From positions 129,866 to 193,865 of the forward strand of contig DATLVU010000058.1 in the NCBI GenBank assembly GCA_035577025.1: a DNA stretch of 64,000 nucleotides, in the 5' to 3' direction. Below the pieces are notes generated by a model. The model worked only from the letters and a program-made list of their open reading frames with translations, did not search any database and was not told where the DNA came from. The DNA comes from Gemmatimonadales bacterium (GTDB taxonomy: Bacteria > Gemmatimonadota > Gemmatimonadetes > Gemmatimonadales > GWC2-71-9). The position numbers and the translations under genes are program-made. This document shows positions 42,929 to 52,219 of this stretch, piece after piece (within the stretch, counting starts at the first letter, position 1; every line of letters begins with the position of its first letter).

Positions 42929-45193
42929 ATGAGCGATCTGCTCGCCCACCTCCAGGACGCGCTCGCCGAGCGCTATAGGCTCGAGCGCGAGATCGGCCGC
43001 GGGGGCATGGCTACCGTCTATTTGGCCGAGGATCTGAAACACCGCCGGCCGGTCGCTCTCAAGGTGCTCAGCCCGGACCTGGCTGCGAGCCTGGGCACCG
43101 ATCGGTTCCTGCGCGAAATCGAGATCGCGGCTCGGCTCGCCCATCCGCACATCCTGTCACTCCATGACTCCGGCGAAGCCGACGGCCTGTTGTACTACGT
43201 GATGCCCTACGTGGAGGGGGAGTCGCTGCGTGGCCGCTTGAACCGTGAGCGCCAGCTTCCGCTTGGCGACGCCCTGCGCATCAGCCGCGAGGTGGCGGAT
43301 GCCCTGGACTACGCCCACGGCCGCGACGTCGTGCATCGCGACATCAAGCCGGAGAACATCCTTTTCCAAGCCGGTCATGCGGTCGTGAGCGACTTCGGGA
43401 TCGCGCGGGCGATCCGCGTGGCGGGCGTGAAGCGGGTCACCGGGATGGGCATCGCCGTCGGCACCCCCGGGTACATGAGCCCGGAGCAAGCAGGCGGCAG
43501 CGAGCAGCTCGATGGCCGCAGCGATCTCTATAGCCTCGCTTGTGTGCTCTACGAGATGCTGGCGGGTGACCCTCCCTATACGGGCTGGTCGGCCCAGGCG
43601 ATTCTGGCCCGCCAAGCGGTCGAGCCCGTCCCACGCCTTCGCACCGTGCGAGACACGGTGCCCGAGTGGCTCGAGCAGGTGGTGACGAAAGCGCTTGGGA
43701 AGGCGCCCGCGGATCGGTTCGCCACGGCCGCCGATTTCATCGCGGCGCTGGCCCAACACGGCCCGCTGGCGGTCACGTCGCCGGCCCTTCCGCTCGTCCA
43801 GGCCCCAGCCGCCGCGGCGAACTCGATCGCCGTTCTGCCGTTTCTGAACATGAGCGCCGAACCCGAGAACGAGTATTTCAGCGACGGGATCACCGAAGAA
43901 ATCATCAACGCGTTGAGCGCCGTGGGCTCACTGCGAGTGGCGTCGCGGACTTCGTCGTTCGCGTTCAAAGGGGCGACGCAGGATATCCGGGCGATCGCGG
44001 AGAAACTGCAGGTGAGCGCGGTGCTCGAGGGCAGCGTCCGCCGGGCGGACACCAAGCTGCGGGTCACTGCCCAGCTCATCAGCGCCGCGGACGGCTTTCA
44101 CCTTTGGTCCGCCACTTACGAGCGGGAGATGAAGGACGTCTTCGCGATCCAGGACGAAATCGCCCGGGCCATCGTGAACGCGTTGAAAGTGAAGCTGACG
44201 AGCGAGCCCAGACTCGCGCTGGTCGAGCCACATACGGACAACGTAGAGGCCTATGCGCTCTATCTGAAGGCGCGCTACTTCTGGAGACGGAAATCGGCCA
44301 GCGGCTTGAAGAAAGGCATCGAGTACTTCGAGCAAGCGATCGCCCTCGACCCACGCTACTCGCTGGCATACGCCGGGCTAGCCGACTCCTACACCGCGCT
44401 CGGGTACTACAACTACCTTCCCCCGAAACAAGTGTTTCCTCGGGCGAGGGAGGCTGCCGATAGGGCTTTGGCGATCGACGACGGTCGGGCCGAGGCGCAT
44501 ACGGCGCGCGCGTGTGTGAGCCTGCTCTACGACTGGGACTGGACGGGCGCGGAACAAGGCTTCCAGCGGGCGATCCAGCTCAAAGAACTCTACCCAACCG
44601 CGCATTTCTGGTACGCATGCTGCTTATGGGCGATGGGCCGAACCGCGGACAGCGTCGAGCAAGCATCGCGCGCGAAGGCCCTGGCCCCGCTGTCGCTCGT
44701 GGCCAATGCGAATTTGGGCTGGGCGCTCTACTTCGCACGACAATATGACGAAGCCATCACCCAATGCCGGATAGTGCTGGACCTCGATACGCACTACTTG
44801 TTGACGTACGTCGTGCTCGGTCAAGTGCACCTGGCGGCGTGCCGATACGACGAAGCCATCAGCGCGCTGCAGAGCGCCGTCAGCGTTTCCGAGGGGCTCG
44901 CGTTCACGAGCGCGGTACTCGGCCACGCGTATGCAAGGGCAGGGAGGCGGCGCGAAGCGAAGAAAGTCTTGGAGAATCTCGAGCAGCGCGCGCGCGCCGG
45001 GTATGTGTCGCCGTTTTGCGGGGCGTTGGTATATGCCGGGCTCGGCGACCCGGATCACGCATTCGCCTCGCTCGAGCAGGCCTATGAAGAGCGCTCCAAT
45101 TGGCTGGCCTACCTCAAGGCATGGCCCCTAATGGACGACCTGCGCGCGGACGCGAGGTTCACGGCGCTCCTCGGCAAAGTTGGGTTGGGATAA
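42929..45193 (+). CDS. Ser/Thr protein kinase with C-terminal TolB-N-like and TPR domains
   Basis: Hanks kinase motifs are present (GRGGMATVY, VALK, HRDIKPENIL, DFGIA, GTPGYMSPEQ), followed by the IAVLPFLNMS block and TPR repeats. Confidence 0.9.
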   Translation: MSDLLAHLQDALAERYRLEREIGRGGMATVYLAEDLKHRRPVALKVLSPDLAASLGTDRFLREIEIAARLAHPHILSLHDSGEADGLLYYVMPYVEGESLRGRLNRERQLPLGDALRISREVADALDYAHGRDVVHRDIKPENILFQAGHAVVSDFGIARAIRVAGVKRVTGMGIAVGTPGYMSPEQAGGSEQLDGRSDLYSLACVLYEMLAGDPPYTGWSAQAILARQAVEPVPRLRTVRDTVPEWLEQVVTKALGKAPADRFATAADFIAALAQHGPLAVTSPALPLVQAPAAAANSIAVLPFLNMSAEPENEYFSDGITEEIINALSAVGSLRVASRTSSFAFKGATQDIRAIAEKLQVSAVLEGSVRRADTKLRVTAQLISAADGFHLWSATYEREMKDVFAIQDEIARAIVNALKVKLTSEPRLALVEPHTDNVEAYALYLKARYFWRRKSASGLKKGIEYFEQAIALDPRYSLAYAGLADSYTALGYYNYLPPKQVFPRAREAADRALAIDDGRAEAHTARACVSLLYDWDWTGAEQGFQRAIQLKELYPTAHFWYACCLWAMGRTADSVEQASRAKALAPLSLVANANLGWALYFARQYDEAITQCRIVLDLDTHYLLTYVVLGQVHLAACRYDEAISALQSAVSVSEGLAFTSAVLGHAYARAGRRREAKKVLENLEQRARAGYVSPFCGALVYAGLGDPDHAFASLEQAYEERSNWLAYLKAWPLMDDLRADARFTALLGKVGLG

Positions 45194-45329
45194 ATGGGGT
45201 GAGGGCGCGTAGTCCCCCGTCTGACACCCGATCTCCCGAAAGACTGACCCGCCAAACACCAAGGGCCCGACTGCCTGGTACATTCTGAAACGGTATCCTG
45301 CTCGCAGTCCTCGAACCCGGAATGACTCG

Positions 45330-46361
45330 ATGCGCCCGTCAGTTCTCCAGGCTACGCTCGCCCTGCTCCTCGCTTTCGCGGCCGGTTGCGGCACTGACGC
45401 CGCGAAGTCGGTGGTGCCGCCCCCGCCCCCGCCCACTGCGGCGCAGGACGGACTCTGGGTCGTGAGCGGGAATCCTCCTGGCATTCTGCGTCTCGATCCG
45501 ACGCAGCTGACGGACACCGGACAGCGCGTCCCGGCCACCATCCTGACCACGCCGAGCGGCGGCCTCAGGACGCTGTCTGGAGTCGCGTTCGATAACGCCG
45601 GCAACCTGTGGGTGGCGAGTGACGACGACTCGTTGCTGCTCGGTTTCGATCCCGGCGCGCTCGCGAACTCTGGGTTCAAGGCTGCGAGAACCGTGGTTAC
45701 TCCGGCACACGGCTCGCTCAGCGGGCCCATCGGACTCGCGTTCGACTCGCAGCAGCGCCTGTGGGTCGTCAACCACCTGAGTGGCACGCTGGTCCGTTTC
45801 GATCCCGCGCAGCTCGCGGCTGGCGGCGCTCAGGCGCCGGCGGTGACCCTGTCCGTACCGGGCAATCCAGTGGCCATTGCCTTCGATGCCGCCGGTTCGC
45901 TCTGGGTGTCCGACAACGATTCCCGCGTGATCTATAAGTACACGGCCGCGCAGCTCGCCGCGTCCGGATCGCCGCCCCCGGCGTTCGTCCTCACCGCCGC
46001 GGACTCGCTCGTGAATCCGACCGGCATTGCATTCGACGCCGCGGGGAACCTCTGGGTCGCGAACAACGGAAGAAGCAACCTGCTCGCGTTCACTCCGGCC
46101 CAGTTGGCCGGCGCTGGGCCCCTGGAGCCGAACGTCGTGATCACCTCGTCCGGCTCTCTCGGCATTCCGATCGGTCTGGCATTCGAGGAGGACGGCAGCC
46201 TGTGGGTCGTGGGCGGCACCGGGCTCCTGGCCAAGTTCGCACCGTCGAGCCTCGGCGCGAGCGGGGCCGTGACACCGATCGCCCGGCTCAAGATCACCGG
46301 CCATGTGTTGTTCTGGAGCGGGGCCTTATGGCCCAAGCCTATTGGGCTACCTCTGAACTGA
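45330..46361 (+). CDS. NHL/SMP-30-like six-bladed beta-propeller lipoprotein
   Basis: Lipobox LAFAAGCG. There are six repeats of the type P.G.AFD.AGNLWV....S.L..F.P.QLA..G. Confidence 0.75.
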   Translation: MRPSVLQATLALLLAFAAGCGTDAAKSVVPPPPPPTAAQDGLWVVSGNPPGILRLDPTQLTDTGQRVPATILTTPSGGLRTLSGVAFDNAGNLWVASDDDSLLLGFDPGALANSGFKAARTVVTPAHGSLSGPIGLAFDSQQRLWVVNHLSGTLVRFDPAQLAAGGAQAPAVTLSVPGNPVAIAFDAAGSLWVSDNDSRVIYKYTAAQLAASGSPPPAFVLTAADSLVNPTGIAFDAAGNLWVANNGRSNLLAFTPAQLAGAGPLEPNVVITSSGSLGIPIGLAFEEDGSLWVVGGTGLLAKFAPSSLGASGAVTPIARLKITGHVLFWSGALWPKPIGLPLN

Positions 46362-46400
46362 TTCCGGAAGTCCTAACACTTGCTCAAGGAGGATTCTGCC

Positions 46401-46880
46401 ATGCATGCCCGTTTCACGACGCCTTCGCTCGCGGTGCTCGCGCTGCTTGTCATGCCCGCCGTGACTTACGCGCAGTCACACGCACCCGCGCTCAAGTGGG
46501 GTCCAGCTCCGGCGGTCTTCCCCGCCGGCGCCAAGATGGCGGTGCTCCAGGGCGACCCGAGTAAGCCGGGACTGTTCACCGTCCGGCTCGAGCTGCCGGA
46601 CGGCTACCGCGTCCAGCCGCACCTCCACCCCACGGACGAGAGCCTCACGATCATCAGCGGGACGTTCCTCCTCGGCATGGGCGACACGCTCGACGCGGCG
46701 CGCGCCACCGTGCTCAAGACCGGCGAGTTCGGCTTCGTGGAAGCGAACATGCACCACTATGCCATCGCCCGGGGCCGCACCGTTGTACAGGTGCACGCGA
46801 TGGGACCGTTCGTGTTGACGTACGTACGTGCTGAAGACGATCCGCGGAACGCGCGCGGGTCAGGTGATGCGTCGTATTAA
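46401..46880 (+). CDS. Secreted cupin-domain protein
   Basis: AGGAGG lies before the ATG and a signal peptide is present. Cupin motifs are present (PHLHPTDESLTIISG...H.Y). Confidence 0.8.
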   Translation: MHARFTTPSLAVLALLVMPAVTYAQSHAPALKWGPAPAVFPAGAKMAVLQGDPSKPGLFTVRLELPDGYRVQPHLHPTDESLTIISGTFLLGMGDTLDAARATVLKTGEFGFVEANMHHYAIARGRTVVQVHAMGPFVLTYVRAEDDPRNARGSGDASY

Positions 46881-46890
46881 GCTCGTCTCG

Positions 46891-46920
46891 TGACTGACCC
46901 CGGGCGTGAGCCCGGGGATC
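46891..46920. repeat. TGACTGACCCCGGG-type hairpin repeat
   Basis: tgactgaCCCCGGGCgtgaGCCCGGGGatc directly follows the cupin stop codon. Related copies lie at 49386-49413 and 33289-33309. Confidence 0.6.
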
Positions 46921-46956
46921 AGTCCTCCATCTCTTCTGAGTCTGGATTTGGTGTTC

Positions 46957-47040
46957 GACGCCCTGAAGGGCGCGCTCGGCCCGGTGTGCGCCCTTACAGG
47001 GCGCCCCCTCGAGTCGAGCCCGGGCTCTCAGCCCGGGTAC
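46957..47040 (+). repeat. Three-hairpin GC-rich intergenic repeat, copy 3
   Basis: GACGCCCTgaAGGGCGC...GCGCCCTTacaGGGCGC...GTCGAGCCCGGGCTctcaGCCCGGGTAC. Confidence 0.7.
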
Positions 47041-47241
47041 TCCCCGGGGGATTCACGAGTCGAGTTTTGTCGCAAATCCCAGGAAACTACAAAACACAAA
47101 AAAGCCGGAGCTCCCCCGCGTGACCGATCTCACGGATACGCGGGCCAGTTGTGTGCATGTTGTGCGGGACGGAATCGGCGGTTCCCGCCGTACCACGCTC
47201 CCCCTCCGAACTCCCTACGCCCTAGAGGAGAAGGAAGGCCT

Positions 47242-47769
47242 ATGAAGGCCGCTCGTTGTTTAGTGGTCGCGCTCGTCGTGTGCGCGCTCGTGTTTTCTTC
47301 CGGCTGCGGCGATCGCTCGCTCACCGCGCCTCAAGTCCCGGCACCTTCGGCAGATCTCATCGGCTCGCTGCTCGGCGCGACGGGACTCTTAAAGTGCTCG
47401 AACCTGCCCTACGCTTCGACGACGAAAACGATCGGGGGCGGGGGCGGAACCCTGAGCGCCGGGCCCCACACGCTCGTGATCCCGGCGGGCGCCCTCGCCC
47501 AGGCGACGACGATCACGATGACCCTGCCCACCGGGCTGGGCGTGAACGCCGTGCAGTTCCAGCCGGCCGGGCTCCGGTTCCAGAAGCCCGCCGCGCTCAC
47601 GATGAGCTATGCGAACTGCAATCTGCTCGGAAAGCTGCTGCCGAAGCAGATCGCGTACACGACGGACAACCTGCAAATCCTCTCTTACCTGCTGTCGCTC
47701 GACAATCTGCTCAGCAAGAACGTCACCGGGCAGGTCAACCACTTTTCGACCTACGTGGTCGCGTGGTGA
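47242..47769 (+). CDS. Hypothetical lipoprotein
   Basis: GGAGAAGGAAGG lies before the ATG. The N-terminus MKAARCLVVALVVCALVFSSGC contains a lipobox. The 287-aa track ORF is an unsupported extension through the repeat region. Confidence 0.65.
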   Translation: MKAARCLVVALVVCALVFSSGCGDRSLTAPQVPAPSADLIGSLLGATGLLKCSNLPYASTTKTIGGGGGTLSAGPHTLVIPAGALAQATTITMTLPTGLGVNAVQFQPAGLRFQKPAALTMSYANCNLLGKLLPKQIAYTTDNLQILSYLLSLDNLLSKNVTGQVNHFSTYVVAW

Positions 47770-47776
47770 CGGCGAC

Positions 47777-49388
47777 GTGACGGCCGTTTCTACTCCGCAG
47801 GCCGGTCCGCGGGTCGCCTCGCGCCCCGCCGCGGAGCTGTTGCACGACGCGCGGGCCCAGGAGCGAGCCGCGTGCATTCCTGAAGCGATCCGCTGTTACG
47901 AAGCGACGATCGCCACCGCTGACCGCACGGGGGAGCGGACGGTGCTGGCGGAGGCGTTGCGGCGCGTGGCCGTGATGCGCCATCACCGCAACGAGTCGGA
48001 CGCGGCGCGTGAGCTGTGTCGCCGCAGTTACACCGTGGCGTGTGAAGCCGGCAACGACCTGCTCGCCGCGGAAGCACTGAACACGCTAGGCGGGCTGGAC
48101 TTGAAGACGGGAGCGATCGAGGACGCGCGCAGGAACTTCCTGCACGCGCTGGAGCGAGGGGGCCAGATCCGCGAGTTGAGCGCGCGGGTCGAGCAGAACC
48201 TCGGTATCCTCGCGAACATCCAGGGGAATCTGGCCGAGGCCGTCGCGCACTACGAGGGCTCCCTCGAGGCGTACCGGGCCTCGAACGACGAGCACGGCTG
48301 CGCGATTGCGTTCGCCAACCTGGGCATCGCGCACACCGACCTGCGGCAGTACGACCAGGCGGACCGCTACTTCCGGCAGAGTTACGAGATCGCGGAGCGG
48401 GCGGGCGATGCGCACCTGCAGGGGATGTGTCTGGTGAATCACGCCGAGGTGCACGTCGTGCGGGGGCGCTACGAGGAAGCCCGCCGCAACGCCGAGGCCG
48501 CCCTCGCCATCTTCGACCAGCTCGACGCCCGGAGCGACAAGTCCGAAGCCTACCGGATCATCGGCATGGTGTATCGCGAGACCGGTCGGGCCGCGCTCGC
48601 CGAATCGCGTCTCCGCTCGGCGATCGAGCTGGCGGTGAACGCCGGCTCGGTCCTGAACCAGGCGGAGGCGTCGTACGAGCTGGCCCTGGTATATCAGGCG
48701 ATGGGGCGGAATCAGGAAGCGCTCACGTTGCTGAACGCCGCCCACCGGCTCTTTGGTCGGCTCGACGCGCGCGTCGACCTCGTGTACGTCGGCGGCAAGG
48801 TGTCCGAGCTCGAAACCACCTACTTCGCGGTGGTACGCGAGTGGGGGCAGTCGATCGAGTCCACCGATAGCTACACCTTCGGCCATTGCGAGCGGGTAGC
48901 GCAGCACGCGATGGCCGTGGCGCGCGTCCTCACGCTCGACGAGACCAGCCAGACCACGATCCGCCTCGGCGCGTACCTCCACGACCTGGGCAAGGTGCGG
49001 GTCCCGCACGAGATCCCTGAACAAGCCCGGCCCGCTCACGCACGCCGAGTTCGAGGTGGTGCAGATGCACCCGATCTGGGGCCTCGAGCTGCTTGCGGCT
49101 GTCGAATTCCCGTGGGACTTGAAGCCGATCATCCGCTGGCATCACGAGCGCTACGATGGCACGGGCTACCCCGACCGCCTGCGCGGCGACGAGATCCCGA
49201 CCTCGGCGCAGATCGTCGGAGTCGTGGACGTGTATGACGCGCTCACGACCGCGCGCCCGTATCGGCCCGCGCTCTCGCGTGAGGCGGCCTTCACGGAGAT
49301 CGAGAAGTGCCGTGGTTGGTGGTCGGAATCGGTGTACCGCGCTTTCCTACAGTCGCTGGACGAACTGGGTCGAACCAGGGCCGCCTGA
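47777..49388 (+). pseudogene. TPR-repeat HD-GYP domain protein (c-di-GMP phosphodiesterase type), interrupted by a +1 frameshift near 49015-49017
   Basis: Frame A reads ...GHCERVA...LHDLGKVRVPHEI and then turns to nonsense. Frame B (49056-49388 ORF and upstream) continues LNKPGPLTHAEFEVVQMHPIWG...RWHHERYDGTGYP. Removing one C from the CCC run at 49015-49017 restores HEILNKPG. Confidence 0.75.
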
Positions 49389-49583
49389 CTGACCCCGGGC
49401 GCAACCCCGGGTTACCCCACGACCGCGGCCGGCGCCGTGCGTCGCTGACCCGGGCGGGCAGGGTTCTCGAGCTCGACGTCGACGCGGAACCTTCCCATAT
49501 CGTTCGCCATAGTACGTCCTCGAGCCACGCCGAGTAGTACCATGGCGTTGCAGACGGTGTCAATGCTGTGCATCCAAATGCCG

Positions 49584-50309
49584 TCACCAGGGAATGCCGC
49601 GCCGATCCCTGAAGAATCCTCCCGTCGGGCCATTCTCCGGCAGGGTGGCGAGCCACACAGCCGTGTCCGCGCCCTGCTCGACCGACCGGGGCGCTGACTT
49701 GCCGCCCATGTCGGTGCGGACCCATCCCGGATCGACCGCGTTGACGAGCACGCCCTTGCCCTGATAGGTCGCCGCGAGGACGCGGGTGAGCGCGTTGAGC
49801 GCCGCCTTCGAGATCGAGTACGCCGGCGCGTAGGTGGACAGGCGAGCGAACTGTCCCACGCCCGACGACAGGTTGACGACACGCCCGTAACCGCGTTCGG
49901 CCATGGGCGGCACGAACACACGGCACACCTCGATCGCGCCGAACACATTGGTGTCGAACGTGGCGCGAAACCCGTCTCGAGGGATCGAGAGCAGGTCGTC
50001 GCTCTCGTGGATGAGCACCGCGGCGTTGTTGACGACGACGTCCACCGGGCCGAGCCGCTCTTCGGTCGTGCGTCGGGCGGCGGCGATGCTCGCGGGGTCC
50101 GTGACGTCGAGCCGCACGGCGAGCGCGTTCTTGCCAGCCGCGCCGAGGGCCTCGAGGGCGCGGCGCGTGGCGGCCTCGTCGCGGCCGGTCAGCACGACGC
50201 GCAAGCCTCGGGCGAGCAATTGGCGGGCGATCTCGAAGCCCAGGCCGCGATTCGCGCCGGTGACGAGGGCGATCGAGCCTGCCTTTTCCCTGTGCTTCGT
50301 GGTCTTCAA
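49584..50309 (-). CDS. Short-chain dehydrogenase/reductase (SDR, carbonyl-reductase-like)
   Basis: TGANRGLG, NNAAV and S...Y..SK motifs are present. Its start overlaps the stop of the GGDEF gene by 4 nt. Confidence 0.9.
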   Translation of the reverse strand: MKTTKHREKAGSIALVTGANRGLGFEIARQLLARGLRVVLTGRDEAATRRALEALGAAGKNALAVRLDVTDPASIAAARRTTEERLGPVDVVVNNAAVLIHESDDLLSIPRDGFRATFDTNVFGAIEVCRVFVPPMAERGYGRVVNLSSGVGQFARLSTYAPAYSISKAALNALTRVLAATYQGKGVLVNAVDPGWVRTDMGGKSAPRSVEQGADTAVWLATLPENGPTGGFFRDRRGIPW

Positions 50310-50922
50310 CAGGCCAACGGCATCTGGCCCTGCGCGCGCGGGGATGGCGGAGCCGCAAGCACTCGATGCCCGGCTCGGTTCTTGCCCGCCCGTTTCGCGG
50401 CGTAGAGGAGTTGATCGGCCGCGCTGACCAGCGCCTGAACGGTGTCCGGAGCCTCGAGACAGGTCACCGCCCCGAAGCTGACCGTCATTCGCCGGCCGTT
50501 CACCTGCCGAGGCGTTGGATGGCCATTCGCAGCTTCCGGATCACCGTTTCGGAGGCCGCGGGCGTCGTTTCGTGGAGGAGGATCGCGAATTCGTCGCCGC
50601 CGAGCCGAGCGACCGCGTCGCTCGCTCGAATGGTCCGCTTCGCGGTGTCCGCGGCGAGGCGTAGCACCGCGTCCCCAGCCGCGTGGCCGTACCGATCGTT
50701 CACCGCCTTGAAGTCATCGATGTCGAAGCAGGCAACAGTGAACGCCTTCCCGTAGCGCGCCAGCTCTCGCTCGCGTCGCAACGCACGTCGCAGCGCGAGC
50801 AAGGTGAACGCGAGGGCCAAGACGAGGCCCACGCTAAAGGCGTCATTCCAGTACGTAGCCACGATGTTGCTCAGCGGACTACCTCGACCGTTGGTAGTTA
50901 ACAAACGGTTGACCTGCTGCAA
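50306..50922 (-). pseudogene. Membrane-anchored GGDEF diguanylate-cyclase gene split by a frameshift near 50500-50506
   Basis: The 140-aa ORF carries DIDDFKAVNDRYGHAAGD and RLGGDEFAILL and stops at IQRLGR*. The overlapping 65-aa ORF continues the domain (VNGRRMTVSFGAVT...ADQLLYAAKRAGKNR) in another frame. Confidence 0.7.
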
Positions 50923-50943
50923 CTTATGGTGATGTACTTTTAT

Positions 50944-51004
50944 TTGTCAAGTTTATCAGAGACTGGCCAAAGTGGACTCTACTAGTTAACTTCTTGTGTC
51001 AAGT
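50944..51004. promoter_or_regulatory. TTGTCAAGT (50944-50952) and GTGTCAAGT (50996-51004) boxes, plus two TAGTTAAC boxes, in an AT-rich divergent region
   Basis: This is the intergenic region between the GGDEF gene (-) and the XRE gene (+). The same 9-mer recurs at 52975-52983 and, inverted, at 53006-53014. Confidence 0.45.
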
Positions 51005-51024
51005 CAACGTACAAGAGGACGCCC

Positions 51025-51882
51025 GTGGATGTCTCCCTGGTAATCAAGCGCCGGTTAGAGGAATTCGGCCTGGAGCAGCGTGATCTCGCCCAGGCCGCCC
51101 AAGTCACTGAGTCTTACGTGTCTCAGCTGCTCTCGGGGAAGCGAACGCCCCCGGCGCCGAACCGCACCGACATTTATGACAAGATGGACAAGTTCCTGAA
51201 GCTGCCGAGCGGGGAGCTCGCGCGGCTGGCGGACCACCAGCGCAAGGAGCAGCTGAAACGGGAGCTGGGGGACGAGCCCGCGCCGCTGTTTCGGGAGGTC
51301 CGTGCGTTGATCCTCCGCAAGTGCAACGCCGCCACCGCACGACACGTCCGCGCGGTGTTCGAAAAGCAGCCCTTCGGCGAGCTCGAGCGTCTCGTTACCC
51401 AGAAGCTGCTGGACGTCGTCAAGGGACTTGCCCAGCAGGAACTGGAGAACGCGGCGTGGCTGCGGAGCGTGGCGGAGCTCGGCGGCCGCAGCTACGAGGC
51501 GATGCGCGTGAGCGTGCTCGAGTTCCTCGATCAGGACATCTTCCATGTGTCCGCTGAAGACTGCGTTTCGTTCCTGGATCCGCTGATTGCATCCTGGAAC
51601 ATCGACCTAGCGACGTTTGCGCTGGAAATCGTCCTCAACGACCGACTGGTCGCCGGGAACGTGAAGAAGTTCGAGTTCATCGAGCTGGAATCCGAACAGC
51701 ACTTCGTCGAGGAGCCTGGGTTCAAGGCGTTTCTTCAGGATCGGTCCCTGAGCGCCACGGCAACCGCGGAGGAAGTCGAGTTTCTCAAGCGGCTGAAGTT
51801 CAAGGGCAAGCGACCGACACCGCTCTACTATTACCGCGAGTTACAGAACTTGAGAGACCCGCTCCATTTTCACACCGCGTAG
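51025..51882 (+). CDS. XRE-family HTH protein with ~210-aa uncharacterised C-terminal domain
   Basis: GTG start. HTH_3-like block IKRRLEEFGLEQRDLAQAAQVTESYVSQLLSGKR. I cannot assign the remainder. Confidence 0.75.
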   Translation: MDVSLVIKRRLEEFGLEQRDLAQAAQVTESYVSQLLSGKRTPPAPNRTDIYDKMDKFLKLPSGELARLADHQRKEQLKRELGDEPAPLFREVRALILRKCNAATARHVRAVFEKQPFGELERLVTQKLLDVVKGLAQQELENAAWLRSVAELGGRSYEAMRVSVLEFLDQDIFHVSAEDCVSFLDPLIASWNIDLATFALEIVLNDRLVAGNVKKFEFIELESEQHFVEEPGFKAFLQDRSLSATATAEEVEFLKRLKFKGKRPTPLYYYRELQNLRDPLHFHTA

Positions 51883-51903
51883 TCAGGCATACTGAGGCGT
51901 GGG

Positions 51904-52197
51904 ATGACCTTCGAGCTCAACGACTTTCAGAGTCGACTGCGCGTCTTGCTGGGACTGCGGGGCGCGGTTTTGACGGACAAGGAGCTGTCCCACACGGCGG
52001 ACTGTTACGCCCGGAGCCCAGGGAAGGGACAGTGGGACGTGCGTGAGTACGCCGGGCGCACCGGGGTTGGCGCGCGCGAATACCGGGTAGTGCGGGGCAG
52101 CAGCACCAACGATGTGTACCGCAGCACGGAGCGGGCGCAGGCGGCCGCCGTCGGGACCGCGCTGAACGAGCTCGAGTCCAGTGGGACTAGCGGGTAA
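51904..52197 (+). CDS. Hypothetical protein (97 aa)
   Basis: GC3 bias is good. It starts 21 nt after the XRE gene stop. The overlapping 116-aa minus ORF is Pro/Arg-rich shadow. Confidence 0.55.
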   Translation: MTFELNDFQSRLRVLLGLRGAVLTDKELSHTADCYARSPGKGQWDVREYAGRTGVGAREYRVVRGSSTNDVYRSTERAQAAAVGTALNELESSGTSG

Positions 52198-52219
52198 GCG
52201 GCGCTTGGGACGTGGTCGG

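Noticed and set aside
45128-46304. 219-aa and 321-aa minus ORFs across the kinase 3' end and the NHL-propeller gene
   Set aside because: They are antisense shadows. The plus strand carries a lipobox and six regular propeller repeats.
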